A stretch of 57,625 nucleotides of DNA, taken from NCBI GenBank assembly GCA_041659365.1, contig JBAZYH010000005.1, forward strand, positions 1 through 57,625, given 5' to 3'. Below are positions 16,361 through 26,662 of this stretch, one piece after another. Source of the DNA: Minisyncoccota bacterium. GTDB lineage: Bacteria > Patescibacteriota > Minisyncoccia > Phycocordibacterales > GWA1-40-21. Each line of letters opens with the position of its first letter. The first letter of the stretch is position 1. Below the pieces are notes generated by a model. That model did not search any database. It was not told the origin of the DNA and worked only from the letters and a program-made list of their open reading frames with translations. The position numbers and the translations under genes are program-made.

Positions 16361-17282
16361 ATGACTTACTCTCAACAGCCTTGCGAGCCATCTCTACTGC
16401 ACCCTCAAGAGTCTTAGCTGCACAAAGAAATCTGGCCGTGTGACAAAATATAGCATCTTTTACACCACTTACAAGTGCAAGGTCTTCTTTTTCTTTACCA
16501 GCCCAACTCTCTGGAAGATATTTTCTATAATTAAAAACCTTCATATCGTCCCTTACACCATAGACTCTCCATGTTTTATCTACATCGCTATTTACAATAA
16601 CAAAAAGTGGTTCTTTAAATTTATTTACAATCTCTTTCCAAGGCAAATCATCTTCTATAAGAATAATCCTTTTGTCTTCTGTTTTCTCATATTTATCTTT
16701 TATAATACTTTCAGCAATTTTAAACTCCTCGAGAGTATCTTTAGCTCTTTTGATTTCTCTTTCTAAAATACTTTTTGCAAATTTTACAGCCTTTAAAAAA
16801 GATTCGTCTATTTTATTTAAATCTTCTTTCCATGTGGGGTTAAAATGATAGATAAGGTCAGATACAGTAAAATGAGAGACATCTTTAAATAAACACGTGG
16901 TTATATTTACTCCACTATCTTCAGCATCCAAAGGTTCTATTATTTTTTTATCTATTCTGTCTGCTACCAATTTATCACCACAGATTTTTTCACCAAATTT
17001 TTTCCAAACCGATCCAAAACTTGCATATGGAATATTATCACTTCTCACCCCCGCACCCCCTTTCTGATGGTGGTCAAATCTAGTTTCTCCATTATTCAAA
17101 AAACCAACATCAAAAACATAATCAGCCTTTTTAATAGTTTCTACATCTCTAGTTCTTTTAATATCAAAATCTTCTGGAGGAATATTAAGATACAGAGAAA
17201 GTGTTGCAACTGAAAAAACATCATCCGCATGAAATTTACCACTATGAACAGCAACAGATATTTTTTTCTTATTAAAAAACAT
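16359..17282 (-). CDS. MYG1/UPF0160-family metal-dependent hydrolase
   Basis: 307 aa with HSGKFHADDV and FDHHQ motifs. Confidence 0.8.
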   Translation of the reverse strand: MFFNKKKISVAVHSGKFHADDVFSVATLSLYLNIPPEDFDIKRTRDVETIKKADYVFDVGFLNNGETRFDHHQKGGAGVRSDNIPYASFGSVWKKFGEKICGDKLVADRIDKKIIEPLDAEDSGVNITTCLFKDVSHFTVSDLIYHFNPTWKEDLNKIDESFLKAVKFAKSILEREIKRAKDTLEEFKIAESIIKDKYEKTEDKRIILIEDDLPWKEIVNKFKEPLFVIVNSDVDKTWRVYGVRDDMKVFNYRKYLPESWAGKEKEDLALVSGVKDAIFCHTARFLCAAKTLEGAVEMARKAVESKS

Positions 17283-17746
17283 TATTTTTTAAGTAAACTT
17301 TTTATTTCTTCTATATCTTTTGACATCACACCAATCTTCTGAAAAATATCTTTTATTTCTGACTCTTCTTTTTCTATTTCGTCTTCTGTTTTTTCATCTA
17401 CTCTCTTTTCATGTTTAATACCAGATAAAATAATTTTATCTCCTATCATAATGGAGACGAAAAGACCTGTTAAAAGGAGAAAAGCCAAAGTCCATATTAA
17501 TGTTACTGGCTCATAAAAAATAACCCCAAACCATCCTCCGACTTTAAAAATTCTTCCTGCTTCTTTTATCATATAAGAAAGGTCTCTACCAATCATTATT
17601 TTATCTGCGGTATGCCAAACAGCTCTCCAGAATAAAACAGTTAGTATTCCACCGATTGCAGCATATAATATTGACCTATGACTTAATCTTGATCTCAACC
17701 TATCTTCTACTCTATCAAAATATCTAACTATGAATTTAATAATCAT
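17282..17746 (-). CDS. Hypothetical membrane protein with an acidic coiled C-terminus
   Basis: 154-aa ORF with two or three hydrophobic segments. Its stop overlaps the start of the next gene. Confidence 0.55.
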   Translation of the reverse strand: MIIKFIVRYFDRVEDRLRSRLSHRSILYAAIGGILTVLFWRAVWHTADKIMIGRDLSYMIKEAGRIFKVGGWFGVIFYEPVTLIWTLAFLLLTGLFVSIMIGDKIILSGIKHEKRVDEKTEDEIEKEESEIKDIFQKIGVMSKDIEEIKSLLKK

Positions 17747-17762
17747 ATAAAAGTATTATACA

Positions 17763-19316
17763 CTATTTTATAAGTTTTTTACCATCCATACTCTTTGGAA
17801 TTTTAATTTTAAAAATATCCAAAATAGTTGGTGCAATACCAGATAAACCACCAGAAGTTATTTTTATTTTTTTATCAGTAATTATAAATGGGACTTGGTT
17901 TGTAGTATGAGCTGTGTGTTTTTCTTTCGTCTTTTCATCAACATTTACTTCGGCATTACCATGATCAGCTGTTATTATAGATGCGACTTTCATCTTTTCG
18001 GCAACTTCCATAATTCTACCAAGTTCGCGATCGGTGGTTTCTATAGCAATCTTTATTGCCTTTTCGTTACCGGTATGTCCAACCATGTCTGGATTAGCAA
18101 AATTTACAAATATAAAATTTGTCCCTTTTTCTATTTCTTTTATTGTTTCATCTGCAATTTCTTTTGCCTTCATTTCTGGAGCTAAATCATGAGTAGGAAT
18201 ATCTTTTCTACTCTCTATAAGAATCTGTCTCTCTTTTTTATAGGGTTTCTGTTCCCCACCATTTAGAAAATATGTTGCATGAGCAAACTTTTCTGTCTCT
18301 GCTATATGAGCCTGGCTTAGCCCTGCTTTTGAAATCTCTTTCGCTAGGGTTGTATCTATTTTTACTGGGGCAAAAGCTATTTCTGTTTTAAGTTTTTTAT
18401 CATATTGAGTCATTGAAACAAAAAATAAATTAAGTTTTTTCTTTTTTTCTAAAATCTTATGAGAAATCATCCTCGCCCTATCTGCTCTAAAATTAAAGAA
18501 AAACACACCATCATTTTTGTTTATTGGATAAGAATGTCCTTCTTCATCTACAAAAATAGTCGGTTCAAAATACTCATCTGTAATATTTTTTGAATAATAT
18601 TCTTTTGTAACCCTTGAGGGTTTTTTATTCCAAACAAGATTACCTTTATTTTCAAAGAGCATGTCCTCAGCCTTTTTTAACCTATCCCAATTATTATCTC
18701 TATCCATAGCAAAATATCTTCCACAGATACTAGAAATATACCCGGCTCCTAATTTTTCTATTTCTTTTTCAAGTTCAACCAAAAAACTTGATGCACTTTT
18801 TGGTGAAGTATCCCTTCCATCAGTAAAAACATGTATATAAATATTTTTTATTCCTACATCTTTTGCGCTTTTTATAAAAGCATAAAGATGATCTGTATGA
18901 GAATGAATACCTCCAGGACCCAAAAGACCCATAACATGGATTGATGATCTATTATTTTTTACATGAGTAAATAATTTTTTAAAAGTAGGGTTTTTAAAAA
19001 ACCTATTATCTTTTATAGAATCGGTTATACGGACGAGATCTGTATAAACTATTTTTCCCGCCCCTATTGTGGTATGACCGACTTCACTATTACCCATTTG
19101 TCCCTCTGGTAATCCTACGGCTCTACAGCTCGCATCAAGAAGGGTATGTGGATATTCATTACATAGTCTAGAAAATACTGGTTTTAAAGCTCCGGCTATA
19201 GCATTATGTTTTTTCCCTTCTCTATGTCCCCAACCATCAAGAATAATAAGCAAAACTTGTTTTTTGTTTTTCTTGGAAAGTATTTTACTGTGAGTTTTAA
19301 CATATGTCTTTTTCAT
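17763..19316 (-). CDS. gpmI: 2,3-bisphosphoglycerate-independent phosphoglycerate mutase
   Basis: ILDGWGH, SEVGHTTIGAG and ADHGNAE motifs. Start trimmed from 19433 to the MKKTYVK methionine. Confidence 0.9.
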   Translation of the reverse strand: MKKTYVKTHSKILSKKNKKQVLLIILDGWGHREGKKHNAIAGALKPVFSRLCNEYPHTLLDASCRAVGLPEGQMGNSEVGHTTIGAGKIVYTDLVRITDSIKDNRFFKNPTFKKLFTHVKNNRSSIHVMGLLGPGGIHSHTDHLYAFIKSAKDVGIKNIYIHVFTDGRDTSPKSASSFLVELEKEIEKLGAGYISSICGRYFAMDRDNNWDRLKKAEDMLFENKGNLVWNKKPSRVTKEYYSKNITDEYFEPTIFVDEEGHSYPINKNDGVFFFNFRADRARMISHKILEKKKKLNLFFVSMTQYDKKLKTEIAFAPVKIDTTLAKEISKAGLSQAHIAETEKFAHATYFLNGGEQKPYKKERQILIESRKDIPTHDLAPEMKAKEIADETIKEIEKGTNFIFVNFANPDMVGHTGNEKAIKIAIETTDRELGRIMEVAEKMKVASIITADHGNAEVNVDEKTKEKHTAHTTNQVPFIITDKKIKITSGGLSGIAPTILDIFKIKIPKSMDGKKLIK

Positions 19317-19530
19317 AGCTTTTTTATTTGAAATTATAATACATCTTTGTGGGTACTTATTCTCAATAATACCTAAAGATATACAAAATCTCAATAAGGT
19401 GCAAAAAACATCATCAATAATTGTTGGCCACATTTTTTAAAAATAATAAATAGTTAATTAACAAATAATAAATTAGCAATTTAAAAACCCCCTTCATCAG
19501 GGAGTTTTTAAAAAAATAAAAAAATAAATT

Positions 19531-20832
<1,302 letters not shown>

Positions 20833-20854
20833 TTATTAATTGATAATGTCTTTA

Positions 20855-20886
20855 CCCCAGTCAAACAAAAACACAGTTTGACGGGG
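20855..20886 (-). repeat. CCCC/GGGG-clamped hairpin repeat
   Basis: CCCCAGTCAAACAAAAACACAGTTTGACGGGG. A near-identical copy lies in the opposite orientation at 56487-56518. Confidence 0.75.
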
Positions 20887-20995
20887 TTTAGAAAAATATA
20901 GTCACGATGTTCCTTATTTTTCTAAAAACAAGTAGGCTGATATTTTATCATATTTTTTTTAAAAAATACCATGTGGATAAAATCAGACAACAAGA

Positions 20996-21033
20996 ATAAA
21001 AACAGAGCAATTTTGCGAAGCAAAATTGCTCTG
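20996..21033 (-). terminator. Rho-independent terminator after the GNAT gene
   Basis: CAGAGCAATTTTGC-GAA-GCAAAATTGCTCTG flanked by A and T runs. Confidence 0.75.
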
Positions 21034-21036
21034 TTT

Positions 21037-21546
21037 TTATATAATATCAATCCAATATCTTCTCTTAAATCTGCCTTTATAATCATATTTTTCATCTAAG
21101 ACTGCACCATTTTTTTCCATTATTTTCCAAGAAGCAACATTATTATCATCACAAGTTATCATAACCCTATCTAAACCAATTTGCTTTGCAATTAGCAAGG
21201 ATAATTTTAAAATCATAGTTCCATAACCTTTTCTTCTCTCGGAAGGTCTTACGTCATATCCTATATGTCCACCTTCTTTTTTAAGAATATCATTTAGTTT
21301 ATGTCTTATTGAAACAGTACCTATATATTTATCATCATCAACCAAAAACATATATGTATATGGTACGTATCCTTCTTCAAGACCAATTCCTTTTTCAGCA
21401 TTTTCTAATTTTAAAATAAATTCATCAAACTTATTTTCAAATCCATTAAAAAAATCAGAATAACCTTTTTCTTCTTTTTCAAATTCAGCAATAGCTTCAT
21501 AAAAACTATCTTTATATTTTAATTGGGGTTTAACTAATTGAATCAT
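21037..21546 (-). CDS. GNAT-family N-acetyltransferase
   Basis: 169 aa with the acetyl-CoA-binding pattern RRKGYGTMILKLSL. Confidence 0.75.
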   Translation of the reverse strand: MIQLVKPQLKYKDSFYEAIAEFEKEEKGYSDFFNGFENKFDEFILKLENAEKGIGLEEGYVPYTYMFLVDDDKYIGTVSIRHKLNDILKKEGGHIGYDVRPSERRKGYGTMILKLSLLIAKQIGLDRVMITCDDNNVASWKIMEKNGAVLDEKYDYKGRFKRRYWIDII

Positions 21547-21929
21547 AAACTTTTTATTACTTCCTCATTTGGAATTATTTTTGCCTTAATTGTTTTATTT
21601 TGTGCCTGAAAAGCTTTAACTAGGCGGTGAACACCATCAATAATTAACCATTTATTATTTTTATTTAACAATAAAATCGGAAATTGCAAATCTGCTTGTT
21701 TAACTCGTTCTTGATGACCTCTACTTTCATCTACGTTGTTGATAACATTCCACGGTGTAAGATTATAATCATTTGTCCCATCTTTGGCCCAAAAAGGTAA
21801 ATCAAAATTCCATATTAATTTATCAACTTCAAAATCAACAACAGGTAAATCCAAGTTTCGTAATTTTATATTGTCGCAATAAATTTCATACCCCGCATCA
21901 GTAAGAATTTTGGGTACATTATTTTCCAT
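21543..21929 (-). CDS. Hypothetical protein with a ParB/sulfiredoxin-like DGxHR motif
   Basis: About 128 aa from the MENNVPK methionine, with IIDGVHRLVKA. The start overlaps the secA stop by 11 nt and the stop overlaps the GNAT start by 4 nt. Confidence 0.4.
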   Translation of the reverse strand: MENNVPKILTDAGYEIYCDNIKLRNLDLPVVDFEVDKLIWNFDLPFWAKDGTNDYNLTPWNVINNVDESRGHQERVKQADLQFPILLLNKNNKWLIIDGVHRLVKAFQAQNKTIKAKIIPNEEVIKSL

Positions 21930-24423
21930 GACAATGTTTGTACTTGATAGGAGTACCATCCTCTTTTTTTGCTCCACAAGGACAAGGATCATTTCTTCCA
22001 ACTTTATTTTCATTTTTAATTTGAGACGACGAAGAATTATCAGACACACCCTCTGCACCAGCAAGCTTCATGTTTTTTTGAGTCTCTTTTAATTTTTCTT
22101 CTTCCGCTTGAAAAGCCCCTGCACCTATATGTGGTAAAAGATTCAAAATTTGCCCATTAACAGATTCCTGCATCTCTTTAAACAACTTTAATCCTTCTTT
22201 CTTATATTCAACAAGAGGATCTCTCTGACCATAAGCTCTCAAATTTACACTACCCCTAAGATAATCCATCATTTCAAGATGGTCTACCCAAAACATATCT
22301 ATAGCTTGAAGCATTACTACCCTTACTACTCTATAAAATTCATTTTCTCCAAGAGTCGTTATCTTTTCATCAACTATTTTTTGTAAAGATTCATCATAAA
22401 TAATTTCTGATAGTTTCTCCTTTATAGAATCTTTATCTCCCAAAAGAATTTTTCTTCTTTTTTCATATATAGTTTTTCTCTGAAAATTTAAAACATCATC
22501 ATATTCCAAAACCTGCTTTCTAGAGTCAAAATTAAAACCTTCTATTTTTGTTTGGGCATTTTCAAGTGATTTTGTTATAAGATAATTTTCAATTGGCTCA
22601 TCTTCAGCTATACCAAACCTACCCATCATTTTCTTTACAGCATCTGAAGCAAAAATTCTCATTAGTGAATCCTCAAGGGATACATAAAATTGTGTGGTTC
22701 CTGGATCACCCTGTCTTCCAGATCTTCCCCTAAGCTGGTTGTCTATTCTTCTTGCATCATGTCTTTCTGTACCAATAACACAAAGTCCACCCAAAGCCCT
22801 TACTTTGTCATATTCCTCCTGATTAAATGGAACCCCTCCAAGCTTAATATCCACACCTCTACCAGCCATGTTTGTCGCAACAGTAACAGCCCCCAACTTA
22901 CCTGCTTGTGCTACTATTTCTCCTTCTCTTTCGTGATTCTTCGCATTAAGAACATTATGTGGAACTCCTTCTCTTTTTAAAAATTCAGAAAGTATTTCGT
23001 TTTTCTCTATAGAAACAGTACCTATAAGAACTGGTTGTCCTCTTTTATTAAACTCTTTTACTATTCTTGCTAAGGCTTTAAATTTTCCATTCTCTGTCTG
23101 AAATATTAAATCATTCAAATCGTTTCTCTGAACAGGTTTATTTGTAGGAACAGGAATAGTATCCATATGATAAACCTTGAAAAATTCTTCGGTAGAAGTA
23201 AGTGCAGTACCTGTCATACCAGAAAGTTTTTTGTACATTCTAAAATAATTCTGAAATGTAATAGAAGCAAATGTTCTTGATTCTTTTTGAACCTTTACCC
23301 CCTCTTTAGACTCGATGGCCTGATGTAAACCTTCTGACCATCTTCTTCCTGGTTGAAGTCTTCCTGTAAATTCATCAACAATAACTATTTCATCATCTTT
23401 TACAACATAATCCTTATTAATTTCAAAAAGAGCTTTAGCTCTTACTGCAGTTTCTAAATGATGAACATATTTTATTCCACCGTCAGTATAAATATTTTCT
23501 ACACCGAGGGATTTCTCTGCTTTATTTATACCAGAATCAGTCAATTGAACAGCTTTGCGTTTTTCATCCACAGTAAAATCTACATTCTTTTCAAAATCTC
23601 TAACAATTTTTGTAAAAGTATCATATAAAGTTCCAGAATCTGAAGTTGGTGCAGAAATAATTAAAGGTGTTCTTGCTTCATCTATAAGAATAGAGTCAAC
23701 TTCATCCACAATTGCAAAATTATATTCTCTTTGTCTCAAATCAAAAATACTGTATTCGATATTATCTCTCAAATAATCAAAACCGAATTCATTATTTGTA
23801 CCATAAGTTATATCTGCAAGATAAGCTTCTTTTCTAGAACAAGGTCTCAAAAATTCATGTATAACCTTAAAAGAACCGAGCTCATCTCTTTTTTCATCGA
23901 GTTCTTTATCTACCTGGGGTGATATATGTGTCGGATCATAGAGAAAAGATGACTCATGATTAAGCACACCAACAGAAAGTCCGAGTGCATTATATATTTG
24001 TCCCATCCAAACTGAGTCTCTTCTTGAAAGGTAATCATTTACAGTAATAACATGTACGCCATGTTGAGAAATTGCATTAAGATAAGCAGGGAGTGTTGCT
24101 ACGAGAGTTTTTCCTTCCCCAGTTTTCATCTCAGATATATTACCTCTATGTAAAATAATTCCTCCAATAAGTTGTACGTCGAAATGTCTCTGCCCCAAAG
24201 TTCTCTTTGAAGCTTCTCTAACAGCGGCAAAAGCTTCTGGTAGTATAGAGTCTAGACTTTCTCCACCCTCGATTCTATTTCTAAACTCCAAAGTCTTTGC
24301 TTTTAACTGCTCGTCAGTAAGAGTTTTTAAATTATCTTCAAAAGATCCTATTTTTTTAACGATAGGATCTAGACCTTTTATTAATCTGGTATATCTATCA
24401 CCAAAAATTTTGCTTAAAATCAT
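21919..24423 (-). CDS. secA: Preprotein translocase ATPase SecA
   Basis: MKTGEGKT, DEVDSILIDEARTPLIIS and a C-terminal zinc motif CPCGAKK...HCHGK. Start trimmed to the MILSKIFG methionine. Confidence 0.95.
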   Translation of the reverse strand: MILSKIFGDRYTRLIKGLDPIVKKIGSFEDNLKTLTDEQLKAKTLEFRNRIEGGESLDSILPEAFAAVREASKRTLGQRHFDVQLIGGIILHRGNISEMKTGEGKTLVATLPAYLNAISQHGVHVITVNDYLSRRDSVWMGQIYNALGLSVGVLNHESSFLYDPTHISPQVDKELDEKRDELGSFKVIHEFLRPCSRKEAYLADITYGTNNEFGFDYLRDNIEYSIFDLRQREYNFAIVDEVDSILIDEARTPLIISAPTSDSGTLYDTFTKIVRDFEKNVDFTVDEKRKAVQLTDSGINKAEKSLGVENIYTDGGIKYVHHLETAVRAKALFEINKDYVVKDDEIVIVDEFTGRLQPGRRWSEGLHQAIESKEGVKVQKESRTFASITFQNYFRMYKKLSGMTGTALTSTEEFFKVYHMDTIPVPTNKPVQRNDLNDLIFQTENGKFKALARIVKEFNKRGQPVLIGTVSIEKNEILSEFLKREGVPHNVLNAKNHEREGEIVAQAGKLGAVTVATNMAGRGVDIKLGGVPFNQEEYDKVRALGGLCVIGTERHDARRIDNQLRGRSGRQGDPGTTQFYVSLEDSLMRIFASDAVKKMMGRFGIAEDEPIENYLITKSLENAQTKIEGFNFDSRKQVLEYDDVLNFQRKTIYEKRRKILLGDKDSIKEKLSEIIYDESLQKIVDEKITTLGENEFYRVVRVVMLQAIDMFWVDHLEMMDYLRGSVNLRAYGQRDPLVEYKKEGLKLFKEMQESVNGQILNLLPHIGAGAFQAEEEKLKETQKNMKLAGAEGVSDNSSSSQIKNENKVGRNDPCPCGAKKEDGTPIKYKHCHGK

Positions 24424-24466
24424 GGTTTTTATAATATCACAATTTAAAAGAGACGCCATGTGTAAA

Positions 24467-24492
24467 AGTTTAAAGTAAAAAGTTGAAAGTTT
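24467..24492. repeat. Left arm of a perfect 26-bp inverted repeat
   Basis: AGTTTAAAGTAAAAAGTTGAAAGTTT is the exact reverse complement of 26637-26662. Confidence 0.9.
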
Positions 24493-24522
24493 GTAAAGTA
24501 AAGATAAAAAAATAATTTGTGT

Positions 24523-24647
24523 TGTCTTTGCGAGGTATTTCCGAAGCAATCTAGGATTAGTTTAGTATTGTCATTCCCGTGCAGACGGGAATCCAGAATT
24601 TTTGTATGTCATTGCGAGAATGGATCCCGTTCTTCAACGGGATGACA
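24523..24647. repeat. Cluster of type A (rc), type B (rc) and a hybrid A/B repeat
   Basis: Copies at 24523-24554 rc, 24569-24596 rc and 24607-24647. The last contains the hairpin GGATCCCGTT-CTTC-AACGGGATGACA. Confidence 0.85.
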
Positions 24648-24830
24648 AAAAAAGAAATTGTCTATTAGTTTATGTTGCGTTTCAATGGACCCGCCCATTT
24701 GAATACAAATGTTTCGGGCAGGCATTACGCGACATGCTTAAAATTATACACAATTCATAATATGAAAATTTATATTTTATTTGCGTCCCCCTACTAATAG
24801 GACAGTTGGGTGACGTGATCTTGCAAGATC

Positions 24831-24860
24831 AAAAAATAACTGACACACAGAGTGTGTCAG
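24831..24860 (-). terminator. Rho-independent terminator after the Lys-rich micro-ORF
   Basis: CTGACACAC-TCT-GTGTGTCAG with T runs on both strands. Confidence 0.7.
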
Positions 24861-24875
24861 CTATTTTTTGAAAGA

Positions 24876-24947
24876 CTATTTCTTTCCTTTCTTTACAACT
24901 TTCTTTGCTTTCTTAACAACTTTCTTTGTCTTTTTTGCTTTTGCCAT
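24876..24947 (-). CDS. Possible 23-aa lysine-rich micro-protein
   Basis: MAKAKKTKKVVKKAKKVVKKGKK. It has its own terminator and a structured leader (24959-24990). It is below the ORF-track threshold. Confidence 0.35.
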   Translation of the reverse strand: MAKAKKTKKVVKKAKKVVKKGKK

Positions 24948-25153
24948 TTTTTTTTATTCCGGTTAAAGGAGACTCCACCAGGTTTACCGGAAAAATTATT
25001 TTCTATTAATTAATTAGTAGGCTATCGACTCCGGCGAAATTTATGCCGAACCCTACTGCTACATATAATTTTATAACTTATTTTTAAAAACACAATACTT
25101 TTTTCAACTGTTGATAACTTTTTATTATTATTTTTTATAAAAATAATAATTTA

Positions 25154-26188
25154 TTAAAAAATATTTTCAACTTCTCTTTCAATTTTTATTTTTATTTTTT
25201 CAAAAACTTTTTCTTCAATAATATTTGCAAAAGAATTTATTTCAGAAAATTTTGCTCCACCATAATTTACAATTATAAGGGATTGTTTTTCATACAAACC
25301 AACTTGACCTAATCTAAAGTTTTTAAGTCCGCACATCTTATCTATTACAAATCCAAGAGGAATCTTCACAAAACCTATTTTTGCATTATACTTTGGTAAA
25401 TCTGGGTATTTTAACAAAAGCTCTGTATACTTCTCTTCTGTAATGATAGGGTTTTTAAAAAAAGAACCTGCAGTACCAAGCACCCTCCAATCAGGTAATT
25501 TATTTCTTCTTATTTCTTCAACGGCTTTTATTATATCTCCAACTTTTAGTTCTCCCTTACCTATCTGTACAGCTTGTTTAGAAAAATATTCTTTTAAAGA
25601 AATATACTCAATATTAGAGAAAAAAGAATTATTTAATTTTAAAAAAACCTTCGTAATTATTAAATTTTTATTTTTTTTAAAAACACTTTCTCTATATTCA
25701 AAATCACAATTTTCTTTTTTTAAATTAAATTTTTTAAAATTATTTATATCAATTCCTTCTACAGAAAAAATAAAATCTTTTATTTCTACTCCATACGCTC
25801 CAATATTTTGTACAACTGAAGCCCCCACAGTACCAGGAATATTCCAAAGATTTTCTATTCCGAATAAATTATTATCAATGGAAAAAGTTATAAGATCATC
25901 AAAATTTTCTCCTGCACAAGAAGATAAAATAGTAATATCTTTATCCCTCGACTCTATCTCTATACCTTTAATAGATAATTTAATTACAAGACCTAAAAAA
26001 TCATCCTCACCAATTAATATATTTGATCCATTACCAATAACATAAAATTTTAAATTATTTTCTTTTGCAAAAGATACAGCCTCAATAAGCTCACTCTCAG
26101 TCTCGACATTACAAAAAAACCGTGCGTTTCCGCCGGTCTTAAAGGTATTAAAGCTAGAAAGTTTTATGTCAGTTAGAATTTTCAACAT
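25154..26188 (-). CDS. murB: UDP-N-acetylenolpyruvoylglucosamine reductase
   Basis: 344 aa with the FAD-binding region FKTGGNARFF...GNGSNIL and a MurB C-terminal domain. Confidence 0.9.
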   Translation of the reverse strand: MLKILTDIKLSSFNTFKTGGNARFFCNVETESELIEAVSFAKENNLKFYVIGNGSNILIGEDDFLGLVIKLSIKGIEIESRDKDITILSSCAGENFDDLITFSIDNNLFGIENLWNIPGTVGASVVQNIGAYGVEIKDFIFSVEGIDINNFKKFNLKKENCDFEYRESVFKKNKNLIITKVFLKLNNSFFSNIEYISLKEYFSKQAVQIGKGELKVGDIIKAVEEIRRNKLPDWRVLGTAGSFFKNPIITEEKYTELLLKYPDLPKYNAKIGFVKIPLGFVIDKMCGLKNFRLGQVGLYEKQSLIIVNYGGAKFSEINSFANIIEEKVFEKIKIKIEREVENIF

Positions 26189-26327
26189 ATTTTTATATAC
26201 AACAAAAGCAGATTACTCCTATTTATGACCAGCGGGGGCTAACTCCAAAACTAATGTCTTATGTGAGTGCAACCGCTGGTCGTAAACTGGAACAATCCTT
26301 TTATATTATATATCAAAGATCCAGAAA

Positions 26328-26357
26328 CGTAAAACCCCACCGAAGTGGGGCTTTACG
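26328..26357 (-). terminator. GC hairpin terminator
   Basis: CGTAAAGCCCCAC-TTCG-GTGGGGTTTTACG on the minus strand. Confidence 0.6.
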
Positions 26358-26474
26358 CAGACATTCGTTCGAGCTAGACATATTCTAGCACTCACATTTA
26401 GGAGTATAGCATAAATAAACAAATAAAGCAAACAATAAATAAAATACTACAATAAGACCTTGCTTGAGAACGTG

Positions 26475-26503
26475 TGTCATTCCGGCGAAGACCGAAATCC
26501 ATG
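26475..26503 (-). repeat. Type B-like hairpin repeat
   Basis: TGTCATTCCGGCGAAGACCGAAATCCATG. Confidence 0.6.
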
Positions 26504-26636
26504 TGATTTTGCAAAACAACATCGTGTAGTATCCATTGAAACACGACATAAATAAGGTAAACTACACTCCTCACAAAAACATACAATAAAATACAAGGGT
26601 TTCGCTTTGCGAAACCCTTGTATTTTATGACTTTAT

Positions 26637-26662
26637 AAACTTTCAACTTTTTACTTTAAACT
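26637..26662. repeat. Right arm of the perfect 26-bp inverted repeat
   Basis: AAACTTTCAACTTTTTACTTTAAACT overlaps the stop codon of the 26661-28781 gene. Confidence 0.9.

Noticed and set aside
25443-26045. 200-aa plus-strand ORF inside murB. Other antisense or overlapping ORFs include 7737-8066, 8063-8380, 2684-3091, 16440-16766, 22690-22980, 40356-40676 and 37464-37757.
   Set aside because: They lie antisense to well-supported genes and have low-complexity, AT-codon-driven composition with no recognisable motifs.
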